Positions 63,870 through 64,000 of a DNA stretch of 64,000 nucleotides are shown piece after piece. The stretch comes from Somniosus microcephalus (Eukaryota). Position 1 is the stretch's first letter. The number at the start of each line of letters is the position of its first letter. A model generated the notes under the pieces. That model was not told the origin of the DNA. It did not search any database and was given only the letters and a program-made list of their open reading frames with translations. Where the stretch lies: assembly GCA_052327205.1 (NCBI GenBank), contig CM126222.1:66650001-66714000 (forward strand), read 5' to 3'. Both the position numbers and the translations under genes were made by a program.

Positions 63870-64000
63870 GAAAGAAGTGTTTAAAATTATGAAGGAATTG
63901 GACAAAGTAGATAGCAGACTTTTTCCAGTAATTGAGGGCACTAGAACAAAGGGGCCGTGGATCCAAGATTAAATGTAAGATCTAGAACAGATAGCAGGAG
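63870..64000 (+). mobile_element. CR1 LINE fragment running off the window
   Basis: gaagtgtttaaaattatgaagg...ctagaacaaaggggc, same ORF2 tail region as 10690-10800. Confidence 0.6.

Overview
Eukaryotic, not prokaryotic, DNA: AT-rich vertebrate genomic sequence. The repeat content (HE1-like and Deu-domain SINEs, CR1/L2/RTE LINE ends, Penelope ends, many Harbinger MITEs) points to a cartilaginous fish (inference). One gene spans the window on the + strand: the 3' part of an IRSp53/BAIAP2-type I-BAR adaptor. Exons equivalent to human exons 4-13 are readable with GT-AG sites and matching phases (17952-58305). They encode the I-BAR C-terminal part, a partial CRIB/proline-rich motif, SH3 and PPPDY. 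Two alternative terminal exons follow: T-type '...SDAEVARF*' (59197) and M-type WH2-like '...VKLKPTKINDRSVPIVN*' (61273), then a ~2.1 kb putative 3' UTR. Exons 1-3 were not found and presumably lie upstream. Most short ORFs in the track are non-coding or transposon-derived. Points of interest: a divergent C-terminus (no NPF, no recognisable PDZ-type exon), a cluster of Harbinger derivatives including one with a Myb/SANT remnant, inverted repeat pairs flanking exons, a CRE-rich solo LTR, a Penelope-type minimal hammerhead remnant, a bipartite RTE element and many LF-SINE-like copies. I found no convincing wholly new system. All family names come from recall and reading by eye, not from database searches.
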